Positions 55,729-63,528 of a DNA stretch of 64,000 bases are shown here, piece after piece. The position numbers and the translations under genes are program-made. This DNA comes from Acidobacteriota bacterium (GTDB lineage Bacteria > Acidobacteriota > Thermoanaerobaculia > Gp7-AA8): the NCBI GenBank assembly GCA_019244185.1, contig JAFATB010000005.1, positions 64,001-128,000 of the forward strand. Direction: 5' to 3'. The notes beneath the pieces are model-generated. The model was not told where the DNA came from and searched no databases. It saw only the letters and a list, made by a program, of their open reading frames with translations. Every line of letters starts with the position of its first letter. Position 1 is the first letter of the stretch.

Positions 55729-58700
55729 TCAGGCGGAGATCGTTTGCGCCGGCAAACGCCGCTCGATCGGCCCAAGGACGCGAAGTGCGCCCCAATATTG
55801 AGGCCTTCGGCGGAGCGGACTTGGGGAATGGAGATATTGCAGTTGTGTGCCGCGCAATGCGTCGGCGGCGGTCATTCCGCCGCGGATGCGGCGATGAAAT
55901 GAACTGAAGAAAGTCGCAGCAAACGTATCGTCGATGTCGTACAGAGGAGCGACGACGGCTCCGGCTCCGGCGGCGAGGAAGGCTCGCGCGAGACTGAGAG
56001 AGCCTTCAGCCCTCCGCGTTTTTCCGGTGGCGGTCCTGCAGTTCGCGAGCACGACGAGCGGCTGCCGTCTCAGCGTCCACGAACCGACCGTCTCCGGCGA
56101 CAAGGTCGTCTCCTGCGCGCCGAGCGCAAAACCAGGACCGTCATCGGCACTCGTCGCCGGCTTCGAGTGACCAATGAGGTGAATGACGTCCGCGTCCGTA
56201 GCCGCGGCGCGAATGACGTCCTGCGTCGCCTGCCGGTCGTAGAAACTGGTCGACCGCGGATAGGCCCCGATCACACCACGAGCTTCGGCGTCGGCGCTCG
56301 CCAGCGGCGTGAGCTGGCGATCGCCGCCGGCAGCACGCTCGGCAACCACAAGGACAGTATCTCGTGCTGACGAGGCAGCCGCACCGGAGAGTGCTACCGC
56401 CGCACTCGGTGCGACGATCGCCGCGTGCTGCTCGATCAGGTATTCGCCACGACTTCGGTCGTATAACGCCGAAAACGGCACCTCGTCGTCGAAGGCAGCA
56501 TCCGGAACCAGGACGAGCATCTCGTTTGGACCCACGCGTGCGCGCAAGGCCAACGGCAAGAGCAAGTCGTGGAGGTCGGCAACCGCGCCTTCACACGGCA
56601 AGGAGAGCTGGGCCATGCATGTGGCGACTCGATGCACCGCCGCCGCAACCGTCTCCGTCGGCGCTGCGATCCGCACGCCAATCACATCGTTCGAAGTCAC
56701 ACACCACACGAGCAGCGCGTCCGGCAAGACGGCCCACTCGAGGAGCGCCGTGTTCGCCGGCACCTGCGCGGCGATTGCGCGTGCGTCGTTCTGCGGCGCG
56801 ACATTGCGACGCTCCGCGAGCAGCCGTGCCCGTGAGTGTTCGGCGACGATCAGCGCCTCTCCCCACTCCCCATCGCGCGACAATTCTCCTAGCAGCCGCT
56901 GACTCGCCTCCGCCGCGACGTCGAGATACGAGATCCGCTCCACGGGATTCAGGAGCTCGCGTCGTTGCTGCTCCACGTACCGCAGCGCCGTTCGGAAATC
57001 GGCACGCGCTGCATGCGAATCGCGCAGTTGCTGGTGCGCGATGCCGCGCGCGAGAAACACGTCGGCGACACGAAACGTGTCGGAACGCCGCGCCGTGCGG
57101 CCGAGGTAGCGATTTGCAGCCGTCATGGCGATTGCAGGTTCGGTGGCGGCAATCGTCCGAGCCAAAACCGCGTCGTAGTTCTCGACCGCGCGCTCGCGCG
57201 TCGACGGGTCGGCGATTGCAGTCGCCGCGTAGGACGCGCGTCGAAATGCTGCCTCTGCACGACCGCGCGCGCCAGAACGATGCATAGCGACCGCGTACCA
57301 GAGATCGGCGTCCGCGATCGCAGTCGGATCGCCGCTGACGTTCGCGATCGTCTTGAGCCTGCTCGCCACTGCGACCGCAAGCCGTGGATGCTGGTCATCG
57401 CGCAGCAGAGACTGGAGCATCTCCTGCAGGGAAACATGCAGCCGGTCGTGATCGCCCGCTCGGTACAACCCGGCGATTCCCTCGATGCGCGCCCCCCAAC
57501 CGTCGTCGGCCGCTCGGAGGTACGATGCTCGCTCGGCGATCATTGCCTGGAGAGCGGCAATCGTGTCGGTTTCGCCGGCCTTTGTGAGTTGCGCCAGCGC
57601 CGAGGCGTAGGGACGGCCGGCGGCGCCGGCGCGGTCTGACGCAACGTACGCCAAGCCTTCGATCCATGACAGCCTCGCGTCAAGGGTCGGGTACCGTTTC
57701 GCGTCGTAGGCTGGCGAACCGCGGACGCGCGCGATCTCGCGCAATGCAACGTCGTAGCGTGCGCAATACCACTGCGCACGGGCAGTCGCGAGACGCGAAA
57801 GCCACTCCAGCCGCGTATATGCCCGCAGATGCTCGCTGGCGGCTTCAAGAAGCGTCGCCGCCCGTTGCACATCGGTTTTCTGAAGTTGCTGCCCCTGCCG
57901 CAGTTCCTGTAAGCCGGACGCCGCGCCCGCGGAACCGTTGCGCCGCAGATCCGCCAATGCCGCGGCGAGAAAAGCATCGCCGCGGCGTTCGAACGTGGCG
58001 GCAGCGGTTCGCAGGGCAAAGTCGTCAGAATCCGCTCCATCGACGATCCGCGCCTCTGCGGCGTCGCGCATTTGTCGTGGATGCTCGGCCACGAGGCGCG
58101 CAATCGCCGCCGCGTCGGATCGCGCGATCGCGCGCGCGAGAAGAGCGCCCCCGTCCCACGAGCTGCTGCTGGTCGGCTCATTGAGATCGGATAGCTTCTG
58201 TCGCGCCTCGGTCGCCCAAGGCGACTGCGGATCGAGGCGGAGGTAATCGGCCCAGGCAACCTTTGCGTCCTCCTGAAGACCGACCGCGGTCAGGGCGAGT
58301 GCACGATTCCAGGCGATGGGGGGCGAATGCTCGAGGTTCCATGCTCGCTGGACGCACTCCGCTGCGGCGAGATCATCCGTGCGCGCGCGCGTGTAGAGGG
58401 CGCGCGCCGAATAGGCGGCGGAGAGATCGTTGAGCAACGTAGCGTCTTGCGAGGCGGTGATTGCCGCACTTATCGATGACTGATGCGTCTCACGCGTCAA
58501 CGCTTTTTCGAGCGTCGTGACTGCCGCTCGCGGGTCGCCGAGCAGCAACTCGGCAACGCCGACGGCGTGTAGGTTCTTCGGCGTCGCGTGCGCGTCGGCG
58601 GCATGGCGGATGTCCGCTGCCGCAGCCATGAGCGCCCAGCGATGCTCGTCGCCTTTGTCGCTGCCGTCCTGGCCGCCTTCGCCACCGCGCATGTGGTTGT

Positions 58701-59076
58701 ACTCTTTGTACGAGAAACCTCCGCTCAATCGTCCCTCGATCGGGCGACTCTCGAGATCGTCCGCAGCTGCAATCAGCTTGGCGATATCCGCCGAGCCGGA
58801 ACGGCCGGGCAGGAAACGATAGACGTACAAAGCCGCAATCGCCGCGAGCAGCGCCGCAGTTGCAGCCATCCACCAACGCGAGCGGAAAGGCCGGATTCGA
58901 GTGGGCTGAGCCGCGGTGGAGAGCTCGGTCGCCGTCATGAAGACAGAGCGGCACTCGCCGCAAACACTGACGTGTTCGATTGCCGCGCGGCGGGCGCTCG
59001 CGTCCAATGTGCCATCCGCTAAGCCGGCGAGGGTCTCCGGGTCGAGATGATTGGACGGTTCGGTGAGAGTGCTCAT
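55729..59076 (-). CDS. Zinc-finger anti-sigma / TM / TPR / CHAT (caspase-like) protease
   Basis: N-terminal HxxxCxxC (HVSVCGEC), hydrophobic helix, TPR-like helices; C-terminal CHAT with LVLVPD, IHLIGHS, LVVLANC, LARAFLAAGA, ALRGTQ and YWGA. Confidence 0.9.
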   Translation of the reverse strand: MSTLTEPSNHLDPETLAGLADGTLDASARRAAIEHVSVCGECRSVFMTATELSTAAQPTRIRPFRSRWWMAATAALLAAIAALYVYRFLPGRSGSADIAKLIAAADDLESRPIEGRLSGGFSYKEYNHMRGGEGGQDGSDKGDEHRWALMAAAADIRHAADAHATPKNLHAVGVAELLLGDPRAAVTTLEKALTRETHQSSISAAITASQDATLLNDLSAAYSARALYTRARTDDLAAAECVQRAWNLEHSPPIAWNRALALTAVGLQEDAKVAWADYLRLDPQSPWATEARQKLSDLNEPTSSSSWDGGALLARAIARSDAAAIARLVAEHPRQMRDAAEARIVDGADSDDFALRTAAATFERRGDAFLAAALADLRRNGSAGAASGLQELRQGQQLQKTDVQRAATLLEAASEHLRAYTRLEWLSRLATARAQWYCARYDVALREIARVRGSPAYDAKRYPTLDARLSWIEGLAYVASDRAGAAGRPYASALAQLTKAGETDTIAALQAMIAERASYLRAADDGWGARIEGIAGLYRAGDHDRLHVSLQEMLQSLLRDDQHPRLAVAVASRLKTIANVSGDPTAIADADLWYAVAMHRSGARGRAEAAFRRASYAATAIADPSTRERAVENYDAVLARTIAATEPAIAMTAANRYLGRTARRSDTFRVADVFLARGIAHQQLRDSHAARADFRTALRYVEQQRRELLNPVERISYLDVAAEASQRLLGELSRDGEWGEALIVAEHSRARLLAERRNVAPQNDARAIAAQVPANTALLEWAVLPDALLVWCVTSNDVIGVRIAAPTETVAAAVHRVATCMAQLSLPCEGAVADLHDLLLPLALRARVGPNEMLVLVPDAAFDDEVPFSALYDRSRGEYLIEQHAAIVAPSAAVALSGAAASSARDTVLVVAERAAGGDRQLTPLASADAEARGVIGAYPRSTSFYDRQATQDVIRAAATDADVIHLIGHSKPATSADDGPGFALGAQETTLSPETVGSWTLRRQPLVVLANCRTATGKTRRAEGSLSLARAFLAAGAGAVVAPLYDIDDTFAATFFSSFHRRIRGGMTAADALRGTQLQYLHSPSPLRRRPQYWGALRVLGPIERRLPAQTISA

Positions 59077-59975
59077 GGAATTGCGCCCTCCCCTTTTGTG
59101 ACCTTCGCCCCTCCGGAAGTCCCACTCGTTGTGGGAGGCCCACCTACGGGATTGGTGGGACGGAAGGCATGGATTTCCCCACCATGGGAAAAGAAATCGA
59201 AGTGGATGTCCGTGTCGCCGCGATCGAGAAGCGTGGCGACATCGCTCCTTGCGACGCCAGCCCGCTCGAGCGTGCGTCGCATCGTCCCGTAAAGCCGGTC
59301 CAGTCGCTTATAGAGGCGCTTCTGTTCGATGTGCAGCCTTTGCGCGATGTCGGGCACTTTCAGGGCGTGCCAGAAGCGCATCTGCAGGATGAGGCGGTCC
59401 TCGGCGTCGAGAGTGCCGAGGAGCTCGTCGATGGCGCGGGCGGCGGTGCGGGCGGCGCGTTCGCGCTCATGGATCTCGACGCGTTCGTCGGCGCCGGCGT
59501 CGACGGCGGGCGCGTCGGCGCTCACCTCTTCCGAGACGATCGTCGGGCGGGGGGTGCGGGGCGGGAGGCGGACGTAGATCGCCTCGAGCTCGCAGGCGGT
59601 GTATTGCGAGCCGGCCGGGGTGGTCAATACCTTGACCGCCTCGTCGAACGTGTAGCCGTCGCGGGTGACGAGGCGTTCCAGCGTAATGGCCTTGTCGCCG
59701 AGGCGTTTGGCTTCGGCGGAGGGGCGCCATTTCCCCCAGCGTTCGACGCGCCATTGATGCGCGAGGCGGGCGATCACGGTCGTGAGGTAGGTCGAAAACG
59801 AGCTGCGGCCCTCGAACTTGCGGATGACGGCGTAGTCGTCGTCGAGGAGGCGGACGCGGACCTCCTGCATGAACTCGAGGGTCTCGTCGCGGTTGAGATG
59901 GTCCCGGCGCGCGACGAAGGCGGCGATGCGCTCGATCGTGCCAAGGTGCTCGAGGTACGTCTCTTCCGCGTTCAT
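59073..59975 (-). CDS. ECF-type sigma-70 factor with a central insertion
   Basis: FEGRSSFSTYLTTVI (region 2); LDAEDRLILQMRF...VPDIAQRL (region 4); ATGA overlap with the CHAT gene. Confidence 0.9.
   Translation of the reverse strand: MNAEETYLEHLGTIERIAAFVARRDHLNRDETLEFMQEVRVRLLDDDYAVIRKFEGRSSFSTYLTTVIARLAHQWRVERWGKWRPSAEAKRLGDKAITLERLVTRDGYTFDEAVKVLTTPAGSQYTACELEAIYVRLPPRTPRPTIVSEEVSADAPAVDAGADERVEIHERERAARTAARAIDELLGTLDAEDRLILQMRFWHALKVPDIAQRLHIEQKRLYKRLDRLYGTMRRTLERAGVARSDVATLLDRGDTDIHFDFFSHGGEIHAFRPTNPVGGPPTTSGTSGGAKVTKGEGAIP
59151..59179 (-). promoter_or_regulatory. Candidate ECF-sigma promoter inside the sigma 3' end, upstream of the CHAT gene
   Basis: GGGAAATCCATGCCTTCCGTCCCACCAAT, resembling 55684-55711. 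Confidence 0.45.
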
Positions 59976-60120
59976 CGGACCCAGTGACGCTTAGGCGTCT
60001 TACGCAGCCGCGGCGAGCCGCGGGACCTATAGATTTCGGGAACGCCGTCAGTCTAACAGGATCGGTGAGGAACGGAAGGTCGGACGCGGCGGACGGAACG
60101 TCCACCGTGTCCGAAAGTTT

Positions 60121-60411
60121 TTAGCCGCGGCCTTTGCGGGTGCTTGCGACGTCGTCAGTGCCGTCGAGCCGCTCGACCTGCTGCTTGCCGCCGAGGCCGT
60201 CGTGCGCGGCCTCGCGCGTCTGGCGCTCGTCGAGTTTCGCGCCGGTGCGCTGCGACTCCCACTGTTCGGTGGTCAGTCCGCGCGGGCGTTCCGCGGCGTC
60301 GCCCTGGTACAGGTTGCCTTTCACGATATGGATGACACGGTCACCTTTGACGCGCGTCTTGCGGTCCGGCGAGCCGGCTTTCGGATCGGGACCGCGTTGG
60401 TCGTCTCTCAT
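60121..60411 (-). CDS. Small hydrophilic hypothetical protein
   Basis: GGAGG SD before the ATG at 60411; 96 aa, highly charged. Confidence 0.6.
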   Translation of the reverse strand: MRDDQRGPDPKAGSPDRKTRVKGDRVIHIVKGNLYQGDAAERPRGLTTEQWESQRTGAKLDERQTREAAHDGLGGKQQVERLDGTDDVASTRKGRG

Positions 60412-60468
60412 GGTTGCCTCCGCCTTCGGAAGAGCAAAGGACATGCACGGTGGACGCGAAAAAGAAAC

Positions 60469-60499
60469 TTGACATCATCCCGATTAGACTTATTCTAAA
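60469..60499 (+). promoter_or_regulatory. Sigma-70 promoter overlapped by a Fur-family (Irr/PerR-like) operator
   Basis: TTGACA-N16-TATTCT-N7-GTG; near-palindrome TTAGACT-T-ATTCTAA covers the -10. Confidence 0.75.
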
Positions 60500-60503
60500 T
60501 TTC

Positions 60504-60926
60504 GTGAACGTCAAACATGAGCCCGGCGAGCAGTTGCGCGAGCATGGCATCCAGCCTTCCGCGCAGCGCGTGGCGGTGGCGGATTACGTCCTGCGCACGC
60601 TGGAGCATCCGTCCGCCGACCTCGTCTGGAAGCGGGTCAAAGAGAAGTTCCCGTGGATCTCCCGCGCGACGGTCTACAACACGCTGAACCTCTTCGTCGA
60701 CAAGGGCCTGCTGCAGCGCCTGACCATCGCCGAGGACTGCGTGATCTTCGACCCGATCACGGAGACGCACCATCACTTCATCGACGAGTCCACCGGCGCG
60801 ATCCACGACGTGCCGTGGGAGCGCGTGCAGGTCTGCAACATCGAGTCGCTGCGCGAGTACGACGTCCACGACTACCAGGTGGTGATGCGCGGCAAGCTCC
60901 GCCGCACGCCGAAACGCACCAAGTGA
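60504..60926 (+). CDS. Fur-family transcriptional repressor (PerR/Irr-like)
   Basis: LREHGIQPSAQRVAV, HPSAD, ISRATVYNTLNLF and THHHFID motifs. Confidence 0.92.
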   Translation: MNVKHEPGEQLREHGIQPSAQRVAVADYVLRTLEHPSADLVWKRVKEKFPWISRATVYNTLNLFVDKGLLQRLTIAEDCVIFDPITETHHHFIDESTGAIHDVPWERVQVCNIESLREYDVHDYQVVMRGKLRRTPKRTK

Positions 60927-60978
60927 ATCACCCGCCCGGCCCCGCGCCGGGCACAGTACGCAAAAGGAGAAGATCAAG

Positions 60979-61515
60979 ATGTTGACTGTTGGAGACAAGT
61001 TTCCCGAGTTCAAGGTGACGGCGAACGTCGGCCGCGAAAAAGGCAAAGAGTTCAAGGACGTCACGAACAAGGACTTCGCCGGCAAGTGGCTGGTCTTTTA
61101 CGCCTATCCGAAGGATTTCACCTTCATCTGCCCGACGGAGATCGTCGAGTTCGGCCGCCACACGAATGATTTCGCCGACCGCGACGCCGTCGTTCTCGGC
61201 GGCTCGACCGACAACGAGTTCTCGCACCTCGCGTGGCGCAACGCGCATCCGGACCTCGCCGACATGCCCACTCCGCTCGTGCACATCAACCCGAAGCTCG
61301 CCAACGAGCTCGGCATCGTGCACAAGGAAGGCGGCGTCGCGCTGCGCGTGACGTTCGTCGTCGATCCGGACGGCATCATCCGCTCGGTCAGCGCGTACGA
61401 CCTCTCGGTCGGCCGCAACGTCGGCGAAGTGCTCCGCACCCTCGACGCCCTTCAGACCGACGAGCTTTGCCCCTGCAACTGGCAGAAGGGCGAAGACACG
61501 ATCAAGGTGGCGTAG
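60979..61515 (+). CDS. ahpC: Peroxiredoxin (alkyl hydroperoxide reductase C)
   Basis: YPKDFTFICPTE and LQTDELCPCNW motifs. Confidence 0.95.
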   Translation: MLTVGDKFPEFKVTANVGREKGKEFKDVTNKDFAGKWLVFYAYPKDFTFICPTEIVEFGRHTNDFADRDAVVLGGSTDNEFSHLAWRNAHPDLADMPTPLVHINPKLANELGIVHKEGGVALRVTFVVDPDGIIRSVSAYDLSVGRNVGEVLRTLDALQTDELCPCNWQKGEDTIKVA

Positions 61516-61517
61516 CG

Positions 61518-62066
61518 ATGAGCGCCGCGATGGAAGAGCTGCGCGCCGGAATCCCCGATGCCGCGCGCGACATCAAGCTGAACCTGCAGAGCGTTCTGCA
61601 GCAGAGCTCTCTCACGCCGGCGCAGCGGTGGGGCGTGGCGATCGCTTCGGCGGTCGCCACCCACAACGCGCGTCTGCGCGATGCGCTCGTGGCCGACGCG
61701 AAACAGGAAGTCGGTCCAGAGGTCATCGATGATGCGCTCGCGTCGGCGGCGCTCATGGCCATGAACAACGTGTACTACCGCTTCCGCCACATGATCGCGA
61801 AGGAGTCGTACGAGCGGATGCCGGCGCGGCTGCGCATGCAGCGCATCGCTCGTCCCGCATCGAACAAGCCGGACTTCGAACTGTTCTGCCTCGCCGTCAG
61901 CGCGATCAACGGCTGCGAGATGTGCATCCGCTCGCACGAGCAGGCGGTGCTGCAGGGCGGGCTGACGGAGGAGCAGGTCCACGACGCCGTACGCGTCGCG
62001 GCGGTCGTCAACGCCGCGGCCATCGCGATCGAGTTGCCCGCCGACGTCGCCGCTCCGGTCGCGTAA
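61518..62066 (+). CDS. ahpD: Alkylhydroperoxidase AhpD
   Basis: ARDIKLNL, MAMNNVYYRF and AVSAINGCEMCIRSHE motifs. Confidence 0.95.
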   Translation: MSAAMEELRAGIPDAARDIKLNLQSVLQQSSLTPAQRWGVAIASAVATHNARLRDALVADAKQEVGPEVIDDALASAALMAMNNVYYRFRHMIAKESYERMPARLRMQRIARPASNKPDFELFCLAVSAINGCEMCIRSHEQAVLQGGLTEEQVHDAVRVAAVVNAAAIAIELPADVAAPVA

Positions 62067-62078
62067 CGCGCGGCACGC

Positions 62079-62471
62079 TCAGCGCGTCACGCGGATGTTG
62101 TTCTCGACTTCCCGCACGCCGCGCACCGACTCCGCGAGATCCTCGGCCAGCCGCTTCGCGTGGCGTTCGTTGACGCTGCCCGTGAGGACGACCACGCCAC
62201 CGCTGACCGACACTTCGATGTCGGTCGCGTCGACGTCGTCGTCATCCGCGAGCCGCTCGCAGATGTCCTCGCGGATGCGGTCGTCGCCTCGCTGATAGTT
62301 CTTCGGGCCGCGCCCGCGGTACGACGGGCGCGCGCCGCGATCGTCGGCGTGGCCGACGTTCCAGCTGCGATCGTTCTCGAGATCGCGATAGCCGCGCGGC
62401 CCCGGCGTGTAGTCGAAGCCCTCGCCTTCATAGCCGAACATGCCGCGGTTCGGCGTGCGGTCGATTCCCAT
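62079..62471 (-). CDS. BON domain protein
   Basis: GGAGGT SD; GRGPKNYQRGDDRIREDI...GVREVENNIRV. Confidence 0.9.
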   Translation of the reverse strand: MGIDRTPNRGMFGYEGEGFDYTPGPRGYRDLENDRSWNVGHADDRGARPSYRGRGPKNYQRGDDRIREDICERLADDDDVDATDIEVSVSGGVVVLTGSVNERHAKRLAEDLAESVRGVREVENNIRVTR

Positions 62472-62516
62472 CGGAACACCTCCTGCCCGCGAAGCGAGAG
62501 CAACTAAAATGCCGCC

Positions 62517-62909
62517 ATGTGCCGCTGGTGCAAAGGGGCGGTGAGCGGGCGCAGGCGGACGTTCTGTTCCGACGCGTGCGTGCACGAGTGGCGGCTGCGG
62601 TCGAGCCCGTCGTATCTGCGCGACTGCGTCTTCGCGCGCGACCGCGGCGTGTGCGCGCTCTGCGGCATCGACACGGAAGCTGAGCGCCGGCGCATCGCGC
62701 GCATGCCGTTCGGCACGCGGATGCGCGAGCTGCGCATGCTGCAGGAGCACGGCCTCATTCATTGCGGCCGCAAATCGTGGTGGGAGGCGGATCACATCAT
62801 GCCGGTGGTCGAAGGCGGCGACTCGAATCTCGAGAATTTGCGGACGCTCTGCATCCCCTGCCACCGCGGCGTGACGACGGAACTACGGCTGCGACGAGCG
62901 ATCAGATGA
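62517..62909 (+). CDS. HNH endonuclease with an N-terminal zinc ribbon
   Basis: CRWC...FCSDAC, RDRGVCALC, WEADHIMPVVEGG and NLRTLCIPCH motifs. Confidence 0.85.
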   Translation: MCRWCKGAVSGRRRTFCSDACVHEWRLRSSPSYLRDCVFARDRGVCALCGIDTEAERRRIARMPFGTRMRELRMLQEHGLIHCGRKSWWEADHIMPVVEGGDSNLENLRTLCIPCHRGVTTELRLRRAIR

Positions 62910-63510
62910 CCACGCGCGTCGCGATCGTCGCCGCCTCGAGCGAGCGCACGATCGCCTGCGCGATCTTCCGTCCGCCGCGTCCTGACGGTTCGATCGGATT
63001 CGCGTAGTCCGAGGGCTCCGTGCAGACGAGACGCAGCTCGATGACCGGCAACGCGTGCGCGACCGCGGTGCGCAGGATGACGTCGTTGAAGAGCAGCAGC
63101 GCGATGCGCGCCTCCGCCGGCGGCAGGTTGCCATTGTAGATCGTGCAGAGCGTCACCGGCTTCTTCGCGCGCAGCGCCGTTCCCACCATCGCCACGTACT
63201 CCTTCTCGAATACTTCGCTGCGTTTCCGAAAAATCTCCAGCGCCTCGGTCGTCGATTGCACCGGCAGCGCGAGGAGATCCGTGTTGCCGAGGGCGTCGTT
63301 GCCGCCGGCGGAGATCACGAGGTGCGTGGCGTCGACGGGGACGCGGCGCAGTTGCGCGGAAACGTTCGCGACGACCGCGCCGTCGACGGCGAGCAGCGTC
63401 GCGGTATGGGAGCGCGGCAGGAGCTCGCGCAGGTGCGTGACGACGTCGGGCTCGCCGCGCGTGTAGGACCCGTTGTCGAAGATGGAGTCGCCGAGGAGGA
63501 TGACGTGCAT
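62902..63510 (-). CDS. SGNH/GDSL hydrolase
   Basis: LLGDSIFDN, SAGGNDAL and DYANPIEPS motifs. Confidence 0.88.
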   Translation of the reverse strand: MHVILLGDSIFDNGSYTRGEPDVVTHLRELLPRSHTATLLAVDGAVVANVSAQLRRVPVDATHLVISAGGNDALGNTDLLALPVQSTTEALEIFRKRSEVFEKEYVAMVGTALRAKKPVTLCTIYNGNLPPAEARIALLLFNDVILRTAVAHALPVIELRLVCTEPSDYANPIEPSGRGGRKIAQAIVRSLEAATIATRVVI

Positions 63511-63528
63511 GGTGTGCGACGATAGGTC

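Noticed and set aside
55729-59975. Type III-E CRISPR (Craspase) accessory locus
   Set aside because: No Cas7-11, array or recognisable Csx30/31; the CHAT protein has a zinc finger and TM helix unlike Csx29
53500-60120. Mobile element or prophage boundaries around the AT-richer module
   Set aside because: No integrase, transposase, tRNA or flanking direct repeats were seen
62517-62909. HNH nuclease as part of a defence system
   Set aside because: Stand-alone gene with no methylase, ATPase or other defence neighbours
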